64,000 nt of DNA from a virus: the IMG/VR virus record IMGVR_UViG_3300037391_000017, positions 39,415-103,414 of that record. The stretch is one strand, 5' to 3'. Of this stretch, positions 51,870-60,079 are shown in pieces. Under the pieces are notes generated by a model, which saw only the letters and a list, made by a program, of their open reading frames with translations, made no database searches and was not told the origin of the DNA. The translations under genes and the position numbers were made by a program. The number at the start of each line of letters is the position of its first letter. Position 1 is the first letter of the stretch.

Positions 51870-52699
51870 TTAGCCCCCGGATAGCCGTTACGCGGCTTGC
51901 CTTCCCCCAGCCGCACACGCTCATATTTATCGAACTCACAGAGGCAGTTCTGTAAGTCCTGCATGTGAATGTCTGGCATACTCACCGAGGCGACCAACGG
52001 TTTGATCTGCCGCCGCAGATCGAGCATGGTATCCAACCACATCGACTCCTGCCAAACCTGATCCACGGGATAGTTCATGACGCGGTTCAAACCGCGTTTA
52101 CTGCCCGGCCCGCTGCACGCCCAATCCGCCCAGTCCACGCTGTTCACAAGCAGTTTGGTATACTTCGTGTCGCACACGACCTGTCCCGCAAGAAAGCTGC
52201 CCATACCGTTGTACTTCATCAGTTGCTCGTGGAAGTCCGCGAGGCTGTACGCGGACTCAGTAATGTCGTTACGCTGGCACCACATCGGATTGAGAACCTC
52301 GCTGGCGATGTATCTCGCCTTGGATGCAAAGCCTGCCTTTGCGGGTACGATGTAGACGCCCGTGAAGACTTTTTCCTTCGCCTGCTTGCGGCGTTCAAGC
52401 ACTTCGATGAAATGCATGGGGTCGAACGGGACGGGGTAGCCAAGCTCTTCGAGTGTGTCAGGCCAATTCACGAGGCGGGCGACCGTCATCGCGAACCATA
52501 CCTCGGGACTATCGTAGTGCGTATCGCGCCAGTGCTCGGCGATCCACTGCGTCACCTTGTCGAGTTCGCGGTACACGTTGCAGAAGCGATAGGCTTGCAG
52601 GATGGGGTCTTCTGTCCAAGGTTTCGGGTATCCAGCGTTCTTGGCTTCGTAGATCGCGTGGCGTTCGGTGATCCACGCGAAAAGGGCTTCGACTCTCAT
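51866..52699 (-). CDS. Alpha-glutamyl/putrescinyl thymine pyrophosphorylase clade 1 (amino acid:DNA transferase)
   Basis: ERHAIY...PWTEDPILQAYRFCNVYRELDKVT...GMGSFLAGQVVCD...GPGSKRGL...QNCLCEFDKY. Confidence 0.88.
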   Translation of the reverse strand: MRVEALFAWITERHAIYEAKNAGYPKPWTEDPILQAYRFCNVYRELDKVTQWIAEHWRDTHYDSPEVWFAMTVARLVNWPDTLEELGYPVPFDPMHFIEVLERRKQAKEKVFTGVYIVPAKAGFASKARYIASEVLNPMWCQRNDITESAYSLADFHEQLMKYNGMGSFLAGQVVCDTKYTKLLVNSVDWADWACSGPGSKRGLNRVMNYPVDQVWQESMWLDTMLDLRRQIKPLVASVSMPDIHMQDLQNCLCEFDKYERVRLGEGKPRNGYPGAK

Positions 52700-52758
52700 C
52701 TTTCAATAATACCACAATCTCTTCGCTTTCGACTCTATTACTGAGGGACTTTTCTCCG

Positions 52759-54165
52759 ATGAATCCACTTTTCCAGAAAAAGACAAACGACGATCAGGAC
52801 CCAATCATCCTGCCGCAAGATGATAACGAGCAAGGAGATATGCTCGATCCAGCGACTCAAAAGGTCGCTCCCCCGCCGCCCGTCGCCCCAGCCGAAGACG
52901 AGAAGCTCGTCGAACCGAGCCGCATGGCCTCCCAGAATCCCCTGCTTCGGAAAGACGGTGCGGTCGCACCCTGTTTCAAGTGCAACCAACCTATTCAGCA
53001 GGGTGAAATGGTCTCACTGGAAGGCGGCATGGAGTCCCACATGAACTGCCCAACTGTACCGGGCGCACAGGAACAGAGTCGTATCATGTTTCCCAAGGGG
53101 CAACAACCTAAGAAGCCCCAGATGGGTACACCGCCAGCCCAAACCCCACAGCGGGCTCCTAATAAGCCGCAATACGCATCTGCGGAGAAGGTCGCCACAC
53201 GGCGTAAGATCAGCGGCTTCGTGCCAGCCACAAGTTGGGGCGTGCCACAGGAATACGCCCACCGAGTAGCTCAGACCCTCGCCAACGCGGGTATGCGAGA
53301 CTTTGACGTGGCGACGGATGAAAGTCTACACGTAGCCTACTTTTCATTCGGGAACGAGGCCGAGATGGAGGTTAGCGCAGATATCGTCTGCGAATTCTAC
53401 CGTCCCGAGATTAGCGCCTCCAAGGGCAGGTGGGTAGGCTGGCAGTGCCGTCCCGAGCGTCAACCCGGAGTGCCCGATGTGAATATGCCACTGAGCAAGA
53501 TGAACAGCCAGAAGCGAGCGGGCGCTATCGACAAACTGAGGGCTGCGGGCATCAAGACCACGGCTGACCTCGACAAGTGGATCAGGCAGCACCCCCGTAA
53601 GATCACCAAAGGCCCGTATACGGGTCAGACGGAGTATGCTTCCCGCTTCGAGGCCCTGACCGAGCTTGTTGGTGGGGATGCGGCGACACAAATTCTCCAT
53701 GAAATGGCGACCGACGCCGCCGCCAAGGAGCTTCCACGTAAGCGCGGTTTCTTCTCCCCCGAGGATGCCAAACGGTTCCGCGACGACAATCAGGGCAGTA
53801 ACGTTGCCTTGAATCAGGATGAAGAGGGTAGCCAACTGTGGGAGAAAGTGCCCGCACGAACCCCTGATAACGAGTTGCTTAAGCACGCTGCGGTCGATCC
53901 GAGTCAATACGAGGGTGGTACAATCGAGGAACAGGTCGCAAACTTGATGGAGAAGCGGTCGTTCTCTGAGGACGGCAAGGGTGACGGCTGGGTGATCTAC
54001 TCTCGCAACACGGAATACAAGGGCGACGGCACGTGGCTTAAGGTGTTCTTCAAGGACGGCAAGGTCGCCAAGACGGACATGTTCGATGAGGAGCCCGAGA
54101 ATGTGCTGGAAACCCGACTGGGATTTGACGGCCTCCACTCCTTCACTCAGGCGTTCGGCGACTAA
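52759..54165 (+). CDS. Hypothetical protein with LIM-like zinc knuckle
   Basis: 468 aa; CFKCNQPI...HMNC; Pro-rich linkers. Confidence 0.65.
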   Translation: MNPLFQKKTNDDQDPIILPQDDNEQGDMLDPATQKVAPPPPVAPAEDEKLVEPSRMASQNPLLRKDGAVAPCFKCNQPIQQGEMVSLEGGMESHMNCPTVPGAQEQSRIMFPKGQQPKKPQMGTPPAQTPQRAPNKPQYASAEKVATRRKISGFVPATSWGVPQEYAHRVAQTLANAGMRDFDVATDESLHVAYFSFGNEAEMEVSADIVCEFYRPEISASKGRWVGWQCRPERQPGVPDVNMPLSKMNSQKRAGAIDKLRAAGIKTTADLDKWIRQHPRKITKGPYTGQTEYASRFEALTELVGGDAATQILHEMATDAAAKELPRKRGFFSPEDAKRFRDDNQGSNVALNQDEEGSQLWEKVPARTPDNELLKHAAVDPSQYEGGTIEEQVANLMEKRSFSEDGKGDGWVIYSRNTEYKGDGTWLKVFFKDGKVAKTDMFDEEPENVLETRLGFDGLHSFTQAFGD

Positions 54166-54199
54166 TTTTCGAATTTCCTAGCCAAAATTCCCTGACTTC

Positions 54200-54208
54200 T
54201 GGTATCAT
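54200..54208 (+). promoter_or_regulatory. Extended -10 promoter (TGGTATCAT) of the tmRNA gene
   Basis: Motif lies directly upstream of the acceptor piece. Confidence 0.6.
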
Positions 54209-54214
54209 GTATTA

Positions 54215-54545
54215 GATGGTCGTAAGCCCTGCAAGGGGCAAAAGGCACTGGTACTGATTTTCAGACAGGGGTTCGACTCCCCTCAGGTCCACCATATCCG
54301 AAGTAACTTCGGGTGTGTTTCGGTGAGTGCTCCACCAAACGGTTTGAGCATTGACCAAACACACCCGATCAATATGGGCCTGCCCCGGTTTCGATGAAGA
54401 CGGTATGGGATGGCAGCCAGCGATCCGAGGGAAGGATGATTCCTCGTTAAACTCCATTCAAAAACATAAACGCTACTGCTCCAAAGGCAATGGCTGCTCA
54501 CGCTTAATTGCGTAGCACAGACCCCGTGGGTCTGTTCCTCAACAC
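54215..54545 (+). ncRNA. ssrA: tmRNA, circularly permuted (two-piece); tag (A)ATAPKAMAAHA*
   Basis: The 3' part (GACAGGGGTTCGACTCCCCT CAGGTCC ACCA, ends 54294) precedes the 5' part (GGGCCTG CCCCGGTTTCGA, starts 54376). Acceptor stem has G3:U70. H2 pairs TGAAGA/TTTTCA and CGGTAT/GTACTG. A PK1-like element precedes ATAAAC and the resume codon GCT at 54472; stop at 54505-54507. Outer ends are approximate. Confidence 0.92.
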
Positions 54546-54554
54546 GGCAAAAGA

Positions 54555-54580
54555 ACCCGCGCAAGCGGGTATTTTTGTTT
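54555..54580 (+). terminator. Intrinsic terminator after tmRNA
   Basis: ACCCGC-GCAA-GCGGGT followed by ATTTTTGTTT. Confidence 0.8.
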
Positions 54581-54623
54581 CTGGTTGACAATCTGAATTC
54601 CAAAGGCTATTGTAGGGGCACTT

Positions 54624-55571
54624 ATGGCAGACAAAATTCAGGAAGCAATCACCGCCGCTACGAGCTTCAAAGCACGCGGTATCAAGAAGGCCGCTCTGGA
54701 CGTTGTAGCCGACTACGAAGCCAAGAAACAGTCTGCTCCCGGTGATCCAATTCAGCGTGATGAACCCGCTGCCCAAGCCGATCCCGCTACACCCGATCCG
54801 ACTGCCCAGCCAGTCGCACCCGTTGCCCCGCCTGAAGCTCCCGTAGAGGAAGCTGAAGAAGCAGAAGAAACCATCGAAGCTAAAGCCGCCCGTGTGCGTG
54901 AAGCACTTGAGACCGAGCTAGGTGACGACGATCTGGTGACAGCAGTCATCGAATTTCTGGAAGCCGAAAAATTCGACTACGACGATTACAGCGTTGATGT
55001 CACGGACAATAGCGACGGCACCTGTACGGTCGCTGGTTACATCATTGCAGCCAACGATGACACCCCCGAGCGTATCGCCCTCGAACAGGTCCGCAGCGAT
55101 CTAAGCGACCAGCCCGAACTTTTCAATCAGGACTGGCTCCAAAGCCACATCAACGAAGAGCGTCTCCGCAATGACCTATGGTCGGACGTGGAAGAAGGTA
55201 TCCGTCAGTCGCCCGACTCTTATGGTTGGGAGCCCGGTGGGGGCGAAGAACTCGTCCGTTACAACGCTGAGGGCGAGGAAGAAGACGACGGCGAGTACGA
55301 TTCGGCTGGCGAGCCTATTCAAGAAGAAACAGAGCCTTCCGAAGACTGGCTCGAAGCGAAAGTCACCGAACTCCTCCGCTACCCCGTGCAGTACATGCAG
55401 GAAATTTACGGGGACGCAGACGGTATCAAGCAGGCAATCACGATTGCTGGGATCGACATTAACGCAGCGGCAGAAGAGGCGGTCTCAGCCGATGGCTGGC
55501 AGCACTTCCTGTCCCGTTATGACGGCAACAGCTACGACTTGCCGTCTGGCGGCGTTTACTGGAAGGAGTAA
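54624..55571 (+). CDS. Highly acidic hypothetical protein
   Basis: 315-aa ORF with AGGGG RBS. Confidence 0.7.
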   Translation: MADKIQEAITAATSFKARGIKKAALDVVADYEAKKQSAPGDPIQRDEPAAQADPATPDPTAQPVAPVAPPEAPVEEAEEAEETIEAKAARVREALETELGDDDLVTAVIEFLEAEKFDYDDYSVDVTDNSDGTCTVAGYIIAANDDTPERIALEQVRSDLSDQPELFNQDWLQSHINEERLRNDLWSDVEEGIRQSPDSYGWEPGGGEELVRYNAEGEEEDDGEYDSAGEPIQEETEPSEDWLEAKVTELLRYPVQYMQEIYGDADGIKQAITIAGIDINAAAEEAVSADGWQHFLSRYDGNSYDLPSGGVYWKE

Positions 55572-55572
55572 C

Positions 55573-55776
55573 ATGGGGCAAATCAGTCCCGTCTACCACG
55601 TAAATCGCCACGGTGGGGCTGCCTGCGAGCACTGTTTGGGTATTGTCCGCCACGCCTCATGGTGCCTCACTAAAAACACCAACATCTTCTACGCCTACGA
55701 CATCCTTGTCCATCCCGAAAACCTGACCGAAGAGGACAAGATCAGCCTTCACGCACTCGGCGTGCTCTGGAGTTAA
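55573..55776 (+). CDS. Small CEHC-motif protein, paralog 1
   Basis: AAGGAG RBS; ACEHCLGIVRHASWC...FYAYDILVHPE...LHALGVLW. Confidence 0.75.
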   Translation: MGQISPVYHVNRHGGAACEHCLGIVRHASWCLTKNTNIFYAYDILVHPENLTEEDKISLHALGVLWS

Positions 55777-55778
55777 TC

Positions 55779-56015
55779 ATGGAGCAGGCTACCCTTTTTC
55801 ATTCCAACAAGTACAGTGCGGATTCGGCTTGTGAGCACTGCGAAGGCATCATCCGCCACGAGTCGTGGTGCATCACCACCAATCCCCGCGTTTTCTACGC
55901 TTACGACGTTATCGTCCACCCAGAAAGCATGACCCAGCAGGATCGGATCATCCTTCATGCCCTTACCGTGCTTTGGAACCCCGCAGTTTGTTCTGGAAAA
56001 TGCCCTAAAACCTAG
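55779..56015 (+). CDS. Small CEHC-motif protein, paralog 2
   Basis: ACEHCEGIIRHESWC...FYAYDVIVHPE...LHALTVLW. Confidence 0.75.
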   Translation: MEQATLFHSNKYSADSACEHCEGIIRHESWCITTNPRVFYAYDVIVHPESMTQQDRIILHALTVLWNPAVCSGKCPKT

Positions 56016-56036
56016 TATTATCCATAGATAGCGTGA

Positions 56037-56279
56037 GCCTCGGTGATCGCGGGCAGCAGACGTTTCTTATCCCGAAAGTAATCCCGCGAGTGTACATGAC
56101 TTTGCCACGGGCAAAAGGGTTGCTGGTGCCCTCCGTGGTCGGTTCGCAAACACACCGTAAGCACCGTAAGGGTCGAAAGCGAACTAGGCCCTCCTTGGTT
56201 TTAGGCGATATGCTGAGGCAATGCGGTGGTCAGGCGGTTGAGCCATGGTGACATCGGAACGGAACTCCATGGCCGAGGC
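56037..56279 (+). ncRNA. Candidate structured non-coding RNA of unknown class
   Basis: Intergenic; closing helix GCCTCGGT/GCCGAGGC plus at least four internal helices; T-run downstream. Confidence 0.5.
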
Positions 56280-56297
56280 GAATTTTTTGGAGGACGT

Positions 56298-56483
56298 ATG
56301 GGTTTAGGTGCGAGAATGCGGAAGATCGTTAACGAACAAGTTGCATTGAATCCAAACAGTGTCCTCTCGAAAAAGAGAACGGCGGCAGTTCTCGCCGCAC
56401 GTGCGGGACTGGTAGAGCAAATCGAACTCGCCAAAGAAAAGCTTCGAAAGTTCGATAAGGACTACGACATAAAGGAAGCATAA
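56298..56483 (+). CDS. Hypothetical protein
   Basis: GGAGG RBS before MGLGAR. Confidence 0.6.
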   Translation: MGLGARMRKIVNEQVALNPNSVLSKKRTAAVLAARAGLVEQIELAKEKLRKFDKDYDIKEA

Positions 56484-57331
56484 TGAATCTCAAATTTTGG
56501 GAGTGGTTCAAGAAGAAGCAGGAGTCCGATCCCAATCTCCTCGACCCCACGGACGCGGCAGTGCTTCGAGAGTATCAGGACGCCATAGGAATACAGCGCA
56601 TCCCGATGTCTACTATTGACCGTCACAGTCTCACCACGGGCGAAGTAACCAATCCCGACCTCGGTAAAGATGACGCCGAGACCCTCAAGAAGAAACTCAA
56701 GTTCGGCATCCACCAGTCCGTAATGGCAGGCTCCGACACGCACAGTGTTAGTGGCGTGCGAGTAATATCGGAAGAGGGCGGCACCGTAACGGTCATCAAG
56801 AAGATCGACAAGTCCAAGCTGTACGAGCTTGGCTACGACATCGAAGACGAGAACGAGACTTTCGTGAAGAACCTCGGTCTGGTGCCAGAGAAGACTACGG
56901 AGACCTCAACCTACACCGTCACCGAATCTGAAATTCCTCTGCCCGAAGGTGCCACGGCTGACACACCCGAGTTAGAACGGCTTCGCTTGGAGGGCGTTGA
57001 CTTCCATCGCTACTCGGGCAAGCCGCAAGATCGTCCGTGGGAAATGAAACCTAACGAGCCTATGACGGAAGAGGATCAGAAGCGGGAGAGTCAGTCAATG
57101 GAACAGTTCATGGCTCCGACCACTACGCTTGTCGTGCCTGAGATGGAAGCAGAAATTGCGGCCCGCATCGAGGCGTTCCACGCCAAGGCGAAGGAGCACG
57201 ATCCGTCCTGTGGATTGTACGAACACTACACGGAACACATCGACAAGATGGCTCAGGAATACGACTGCTTCCACGTCTGTAATTGTAAAGGAAATCATGG
57301 AGACGATCAAGGGGACGCTGTTCCTGTATAG
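56483..57331 (+). CDS. Hypothetical protein
   Basis: 282-aa coupled ORF. Confidence 0.7.
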   Translation: MNLKFWEWFKKKQESDPNLLDPTDAAVLREYQDAIGIQRIPMSTIDRHSLTTGEVTNPDLGKDDAETLKKKLKFGIHQSVMAGSDTHSVSGVRVISEEGGTVTVIKKIDKSKLYELGYDIEDENETFVKNLGLVPEKTTETSTYTVTESEIPLPEGATADTPELERLRLEGVDFHRYSGKPQDRPWEMKPNEPMTEEDQKRESQSMEQFMAPTTTLVVPEMEAEIAARIEAFHAKAKEHDPSCGLYEHYTEHIDKMAQEYDCFHVCNCKGNHGDDQGDAVPV

Positions 57332-57671
57332 CGAGACGGGAACGGAAGGCGGGTACTGGGCGATTCAGGATGAGAAGTTCATCGGTAAACGCGACGATGG
57401 CTCTCCATACTGGTCGTATGACGGGTTGCACCCGCTCGAAGACGGCGACCACCTAAAGATTTACCATCCTGACGGCATACTCGTTTGGGAAGGCGAGATC
57501 AAGCTCAAGCAGCATCCCGTCTTTACAGAATCAGTTGACGTGCATGATGAAAGCTCGGGAGTAAACCTCGGGCTGTGGATTCATGCCGATCAGATTGGAA
57601 TGAGTCGTCACGATTGGGCGTACCCATTCATGAAAGAGTACAAAGGGGAGTTGACGAAGCATGGCAAATGA
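57297..57671 (+). CDS. Hypothetical phage protein (ETGTEGGYWA motif)
   Basis: AAGGA RBS before METIKG. Confidence 0.65.
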   Translation: METIKGTLFLYSETGTEGGYWAIQDEKFIGKRDDGSPYWSYDGLHPLEDGDHLKIYHPDGILVWEGEIKLKQHPVFTESVDVHDESSGVNLGLWIHADQIGMSRHDWAYPFMKEYKGELTKHGK

Positions 57672-57825
57672 CGGTTACGATCCGCTAGGCTCCTGTTTTC
57701 TGTTCGACTACGATCCAGTCGCGGCGGGGTTGAACGTTGTGCCCATCTCTGATCGACCAGACAAGGCCGTAGAATTTACGAATGAAGACAAGAAGTGGCT
57801 CAAGGCAATGGATGGAGCGATGTGA
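57661..57825 (+). CDS. Small hypothetical protein (54 aa)
   Basis: GGGGAG RBS; fills the gap and is TGATG-coupled to the next gene. Confidence 0.5.
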   Translation: MANDGYDPLGSCFLFDYDPVAAGLNVVPISDRPDKAVEFTNEDKKWLKAMDGAM

Positions 57826-58091
57826 TGGCGAAGCGAAGCAACATAGTCACTGTGGGGAAGGTAATCGAACGCGAGCTTGGCTATCCCAGTATGATCTACG
57901 ACCGTCCAAAGACTTACGCCGAAATTCGCAAAATGCGAAGGGAACTCGCCCCGCACAATCTGGGAGTTCGCCTGAGTCGTCGATACGTTCGCGTTGCCCC
58001 ACTGGATGACAGTGAGAATGCGCCTCTCGCAAAGAATTGGCTATGCATCGCAGATGAGATCGTGTTTGAGAATGGTGGAGGCTGTCAATAA
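57825..58091 (+). CDS. Hypothetical protein
   Basis: GGAG RBS, coupled start. Confidence 0.6.
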   Translation: MAKRSNIVTVGKVIERELGYPSMIYDRPKTYAEIRKMRRELAPHNLGVRLSRRYVRVAPLDDSENAPLAKNWLCIADEIVFENGGGCQ

Positions 58092-58348
58092 TGGACGCAT
58101 GGTTGGTAATTCGACACAACGAGGCTGAGTACATCGAGAAGTTCAGACTGTTCTCGGACAGCAAGACCGCGTATCAGTTTGCCCGTTTCTGGGGATACGA
58201 AGACCCGTTCGGAATGGGTGACGATGACCGCCCGGGAATGATGAACACCTATCAGGCTGGCGACGTGCACATCGGCGTCATCCATTTGGAGACTACGCCG
58301 CAACCTATTCCTGTGGAGGAGCGAAATGAAAAACGCATGGTTAGATAG
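58091..58348 (+). CDS. Hypothetical protein
   Basis: GGAGG RBS, TAATG coupling. Confidence 0.6.
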   Translation: MDAWLVIRHNEAEYIEKFRLFSDSKTAYQFARFWGYEDPFGMGDDDRPGMMNTYQAGDVHIGVIHLETTPQPIPVEERNEKRMVR

Positions 58349-58469
58349 GGCCTTGTGGTTGGCGTGGCACCCCCTTGAACTCCTGCGACTGATCCTCGGT
58401 TCGATTGTCATTGCCGTGGTGATCGTGGCTTCCTTCGCGAAAGAGGCCATCGACGAAGCCAAAAAATAA
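58326..58469 (+). CDS. Small membrane protein (47 aa)
   Basis: GGAGGAG RBS; one hydrophobic helix. Confidence 0.55.
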   Translation: MKNAWLDRALWLAWHPLELLRLILGSIVIAVVIVASFAKEAIDEAKK

Positions 58470-58503
58470 TTCGAAAAATAGTTGTTGCAAATTTTCCAAC
58501 TAC

Positions 58504-58512
58504 TGGTATTAT
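58504..58512 (+). promoter_or_regulatory. Extended -10 promoter (TGGTATTAT) of the Pth2/RNA-array unit
   Basis: AT-rich gap, followed by AGGAG RBS and ATG at 58532. Confidence 0.65.
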
Positions 58513-58531
58513 GTCTTTAGGAGCTACTCAC

Positions 58532-58954
58532 ATGCGTAAGGCAATCGTCGGCGATCTGTAGGTTAATCAGCAGCAACCATCGTACTACTTCCTCTTTGTC
58601 CGTCAGGACATTTCCTTTGCACAACAGCTAGTCCAAAGCAACCACGCCACGTTTGAAATGGCGAAGCGTTTGCCCATTGATTACGACCAAATCCCAAATC
58701 TTGTCCTCATCGGTGTCCCCGATAAGGCCGCTTTATTCCGTGTTATCAACAAGTTAAATGACAATGCCATCGGCCATGAAGTGTTCTATGAGCCCGATGA
58801 CAACCTCGGGTTGACCGCAGTCGCGACCTACCCGCTCACGCAGGAGCAACGCCGTGTGCTTTCCAACTATCGGTTGTGGAAGTCCGACGTTGCCCCTGCA
58901 CCAATTCCCATGATCGTACCGAAATTCAAGGAGGCTGTGGCCTGTGAAAGTTAA
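58532..58954 (+). CDS. Pth2-family peptidyl-tRNA hydrolase with in-frame TAG at codon 10 (read-through required)
   Basis: MRKAIVGDL*VNQQQPSYYFLFVRQDISFAQQLVQSNHA...LVLIGVPDKAAL...FYEPDDNLGLTAVATYP...LSNYRLW; TAG at 58559-58561. Confidence 0.78.
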
Positions 58955-59573
58955 GGAACTCATCCGTCTTTTGCAAGAGGAAGACCCGGAATCCGAAGCG
59001 TGCGTGCACAACGCCGACATCGAAAGCGTCTACGCAGCGCAGGCGTACTACGACGGGCGGTTGCAAGTGCTGGAGCGTGACGCCGAGGGATACGTTGTAG
59101 GCGGTAAGTACACGTCGAAGGGCTGGAAGGTAAACATCTGCCCATCGTCTATTACCGATCAGATATGGGGCGACCCCGAGTTTAAGGTCGATTATAGTGA
59201 GCTTGGCGGCTCCGCAGAGAGGTACATCGAGTCCGACAACAAGACGCGACAGGCATCACGCGATGTCGAGAAGAAAGTTGCGATGAGCGGATTCTACCGC
59301 TGGGCCAAGAAGAAGGCCGAGGAGATTCGTGATGGTGATGGCGACATCCTTTATTCGGCGAACAAATTTTGGGAAGAGAATCTGCACGTGAACGATCCGC
59401 TTCCCGAATTGCCGAAGGGGAAGCGCCTCGATAATGAGGGCAAAGAGTATGAGTTTTGGCCGAGTGTTTGCGACCGTCAGGAGCATGGCTGGAACCAGAC
59501 GATTGAAGTTTATTGGCGCGGCGGCTGGGGCCTTCGATTTAAGAACGGCTCTGCCGATAGCGGCGAGTATTAA
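58944..59573 (+). CDS. Hypothetical protein
   Basis: AGGAGG RBS; MKVKELIRLLQEEDPE start. Confidence 0.7.
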   Translation: MKVKELIRLLQEEDPESEACVHNADIESVYAAQAYYDGRLQVLERDAEGYVVGGKYTSKGWKVNICPSSITDQIWGDPEFKVDYSELGGSAERYIESDNKTRQASRDVEKKVAMSGFYRWAKKKAEEIRDGDGDILYSANKFWEENLHVNDPLPELPKGKRLDNEGKEYEFWPSVCDRQEHGWNQTIEVYWRGGWGLRFKNGSADSGEY

Positions 59574-59579
59574 AAGTTT

Positions 59580-59614
59580 GGGTGAGAGTTGCTGAAAGGC
59601 GCTTTTGCCCACCA
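59580..59614 (+). ncRNA. NCCA-ended minihelix (array element A)
   Basis: GGGTGAGAGT-T-GCT-GAAA-GGC-GCTTTTGCCC-ACCA; several G:U pairs. Confidence 0.55.
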
Positions 59615-59615
59615 T

Positions 59616-59697
59616 ACGCGGGTAGCTCAGTTGGGGTTACAGAGTGCCGAGGCGCAAGCCTCGGAGGTCGAAGGTTCGAGTCCTTCCCCGCGTGCCA
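59616..59697 (+). tRNA. tRNA-like RNA without anticodon loop (element B)
   Basis: ACGCGGG/CCCGCGT-GCCA acceptor; intact D and T arms; anticodon arm is CCGAGGC-GCAA-GCCTCGG. Confidence 0.85.
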
Positions 59698-59751
59698 AGT
59701 TTATGCTCTTGAGAGCACTTTAAGCGATTTAAGATGCTCTTGAGGGCACAT

Positions 59752-59898
59752 GGACACACGCTGGTTTGGAAACGGAGAGCACCCCGCCAGCAGCTTGCAG
59801 AGCCAAGTACGGCTGACTGAAAGCACGGGAAACATCGCGATGAGTACCGTGTGAGTAATCTGCACTCGCCAGAGGTTCGATCCCTCGGGTGTCCACCA
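59752..59898 (+). ncRNA. Expanded tRNA-like RNA, 147 nt (element C)
   Basis: GGACAC/GTGTCC-ACCA acceptor; T arm GAGG-TTCGATC-CCTC; internal helices GCTGG/CCAGC, TGCAGA/TCTGCA and CACGG/CCGTG. Confidence 0.7.
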
Positions 59899-59911
59899 AA
59901 GTTTTGTAAGG

Positions 59912-59986
59912 GCCCGTGTAGCTCAGTGTTAGAGCACTTCGTGTTTAACGAAGAGGTCGGGGGTTCAACCCCTTCCACGGGCTCCA
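59912..59986 (+). tRNA. Atypical tRNA, loop TGTTTAA (nominal TTT/Lys, lacks U33) (element D)
   Basis: Full cloverleaf GCCCGTG/CACGGGC-TCCA; anticodon stem CTTCG/CGAAG. Confidence 0.8.
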
Positions 59987-59987
59987 T

Positions 59988-60078
59988 GGGCGAGTAGCTC
60001 AGTGTTAGAGCGCCTGTGCAAAGGCCGCAAGGCCGACGCCACAGGAGGTCGGTGGTTCGATTCCATCCTCGCCCACCA
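59988..60078 (+). tRNA. tRNA-like RNA with extended GNRA-capped anticodon arm (element E)
   Basis: GGGCGAG/CTCGCCC-ACCA acceptor; arm is CCTGTG-CAAA-GGCC-GCAA-GGCC-GACGC-CACAGG; canonical D and T arms. Confidence 0.85.
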
Positions 60079-60079
60079 C

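Noticed and set aside
54212-54603. Minus-strand ORFs of 81 and 106 aa
   Set aside because: They are antisense to the tmRNA gene.
59810-59852. Hammerhead ribozyme core in element C (CTGACTGA...GAAAC)
   Set aside because: It does not fit CUGANGA, and the required stems II and III cannot be built.
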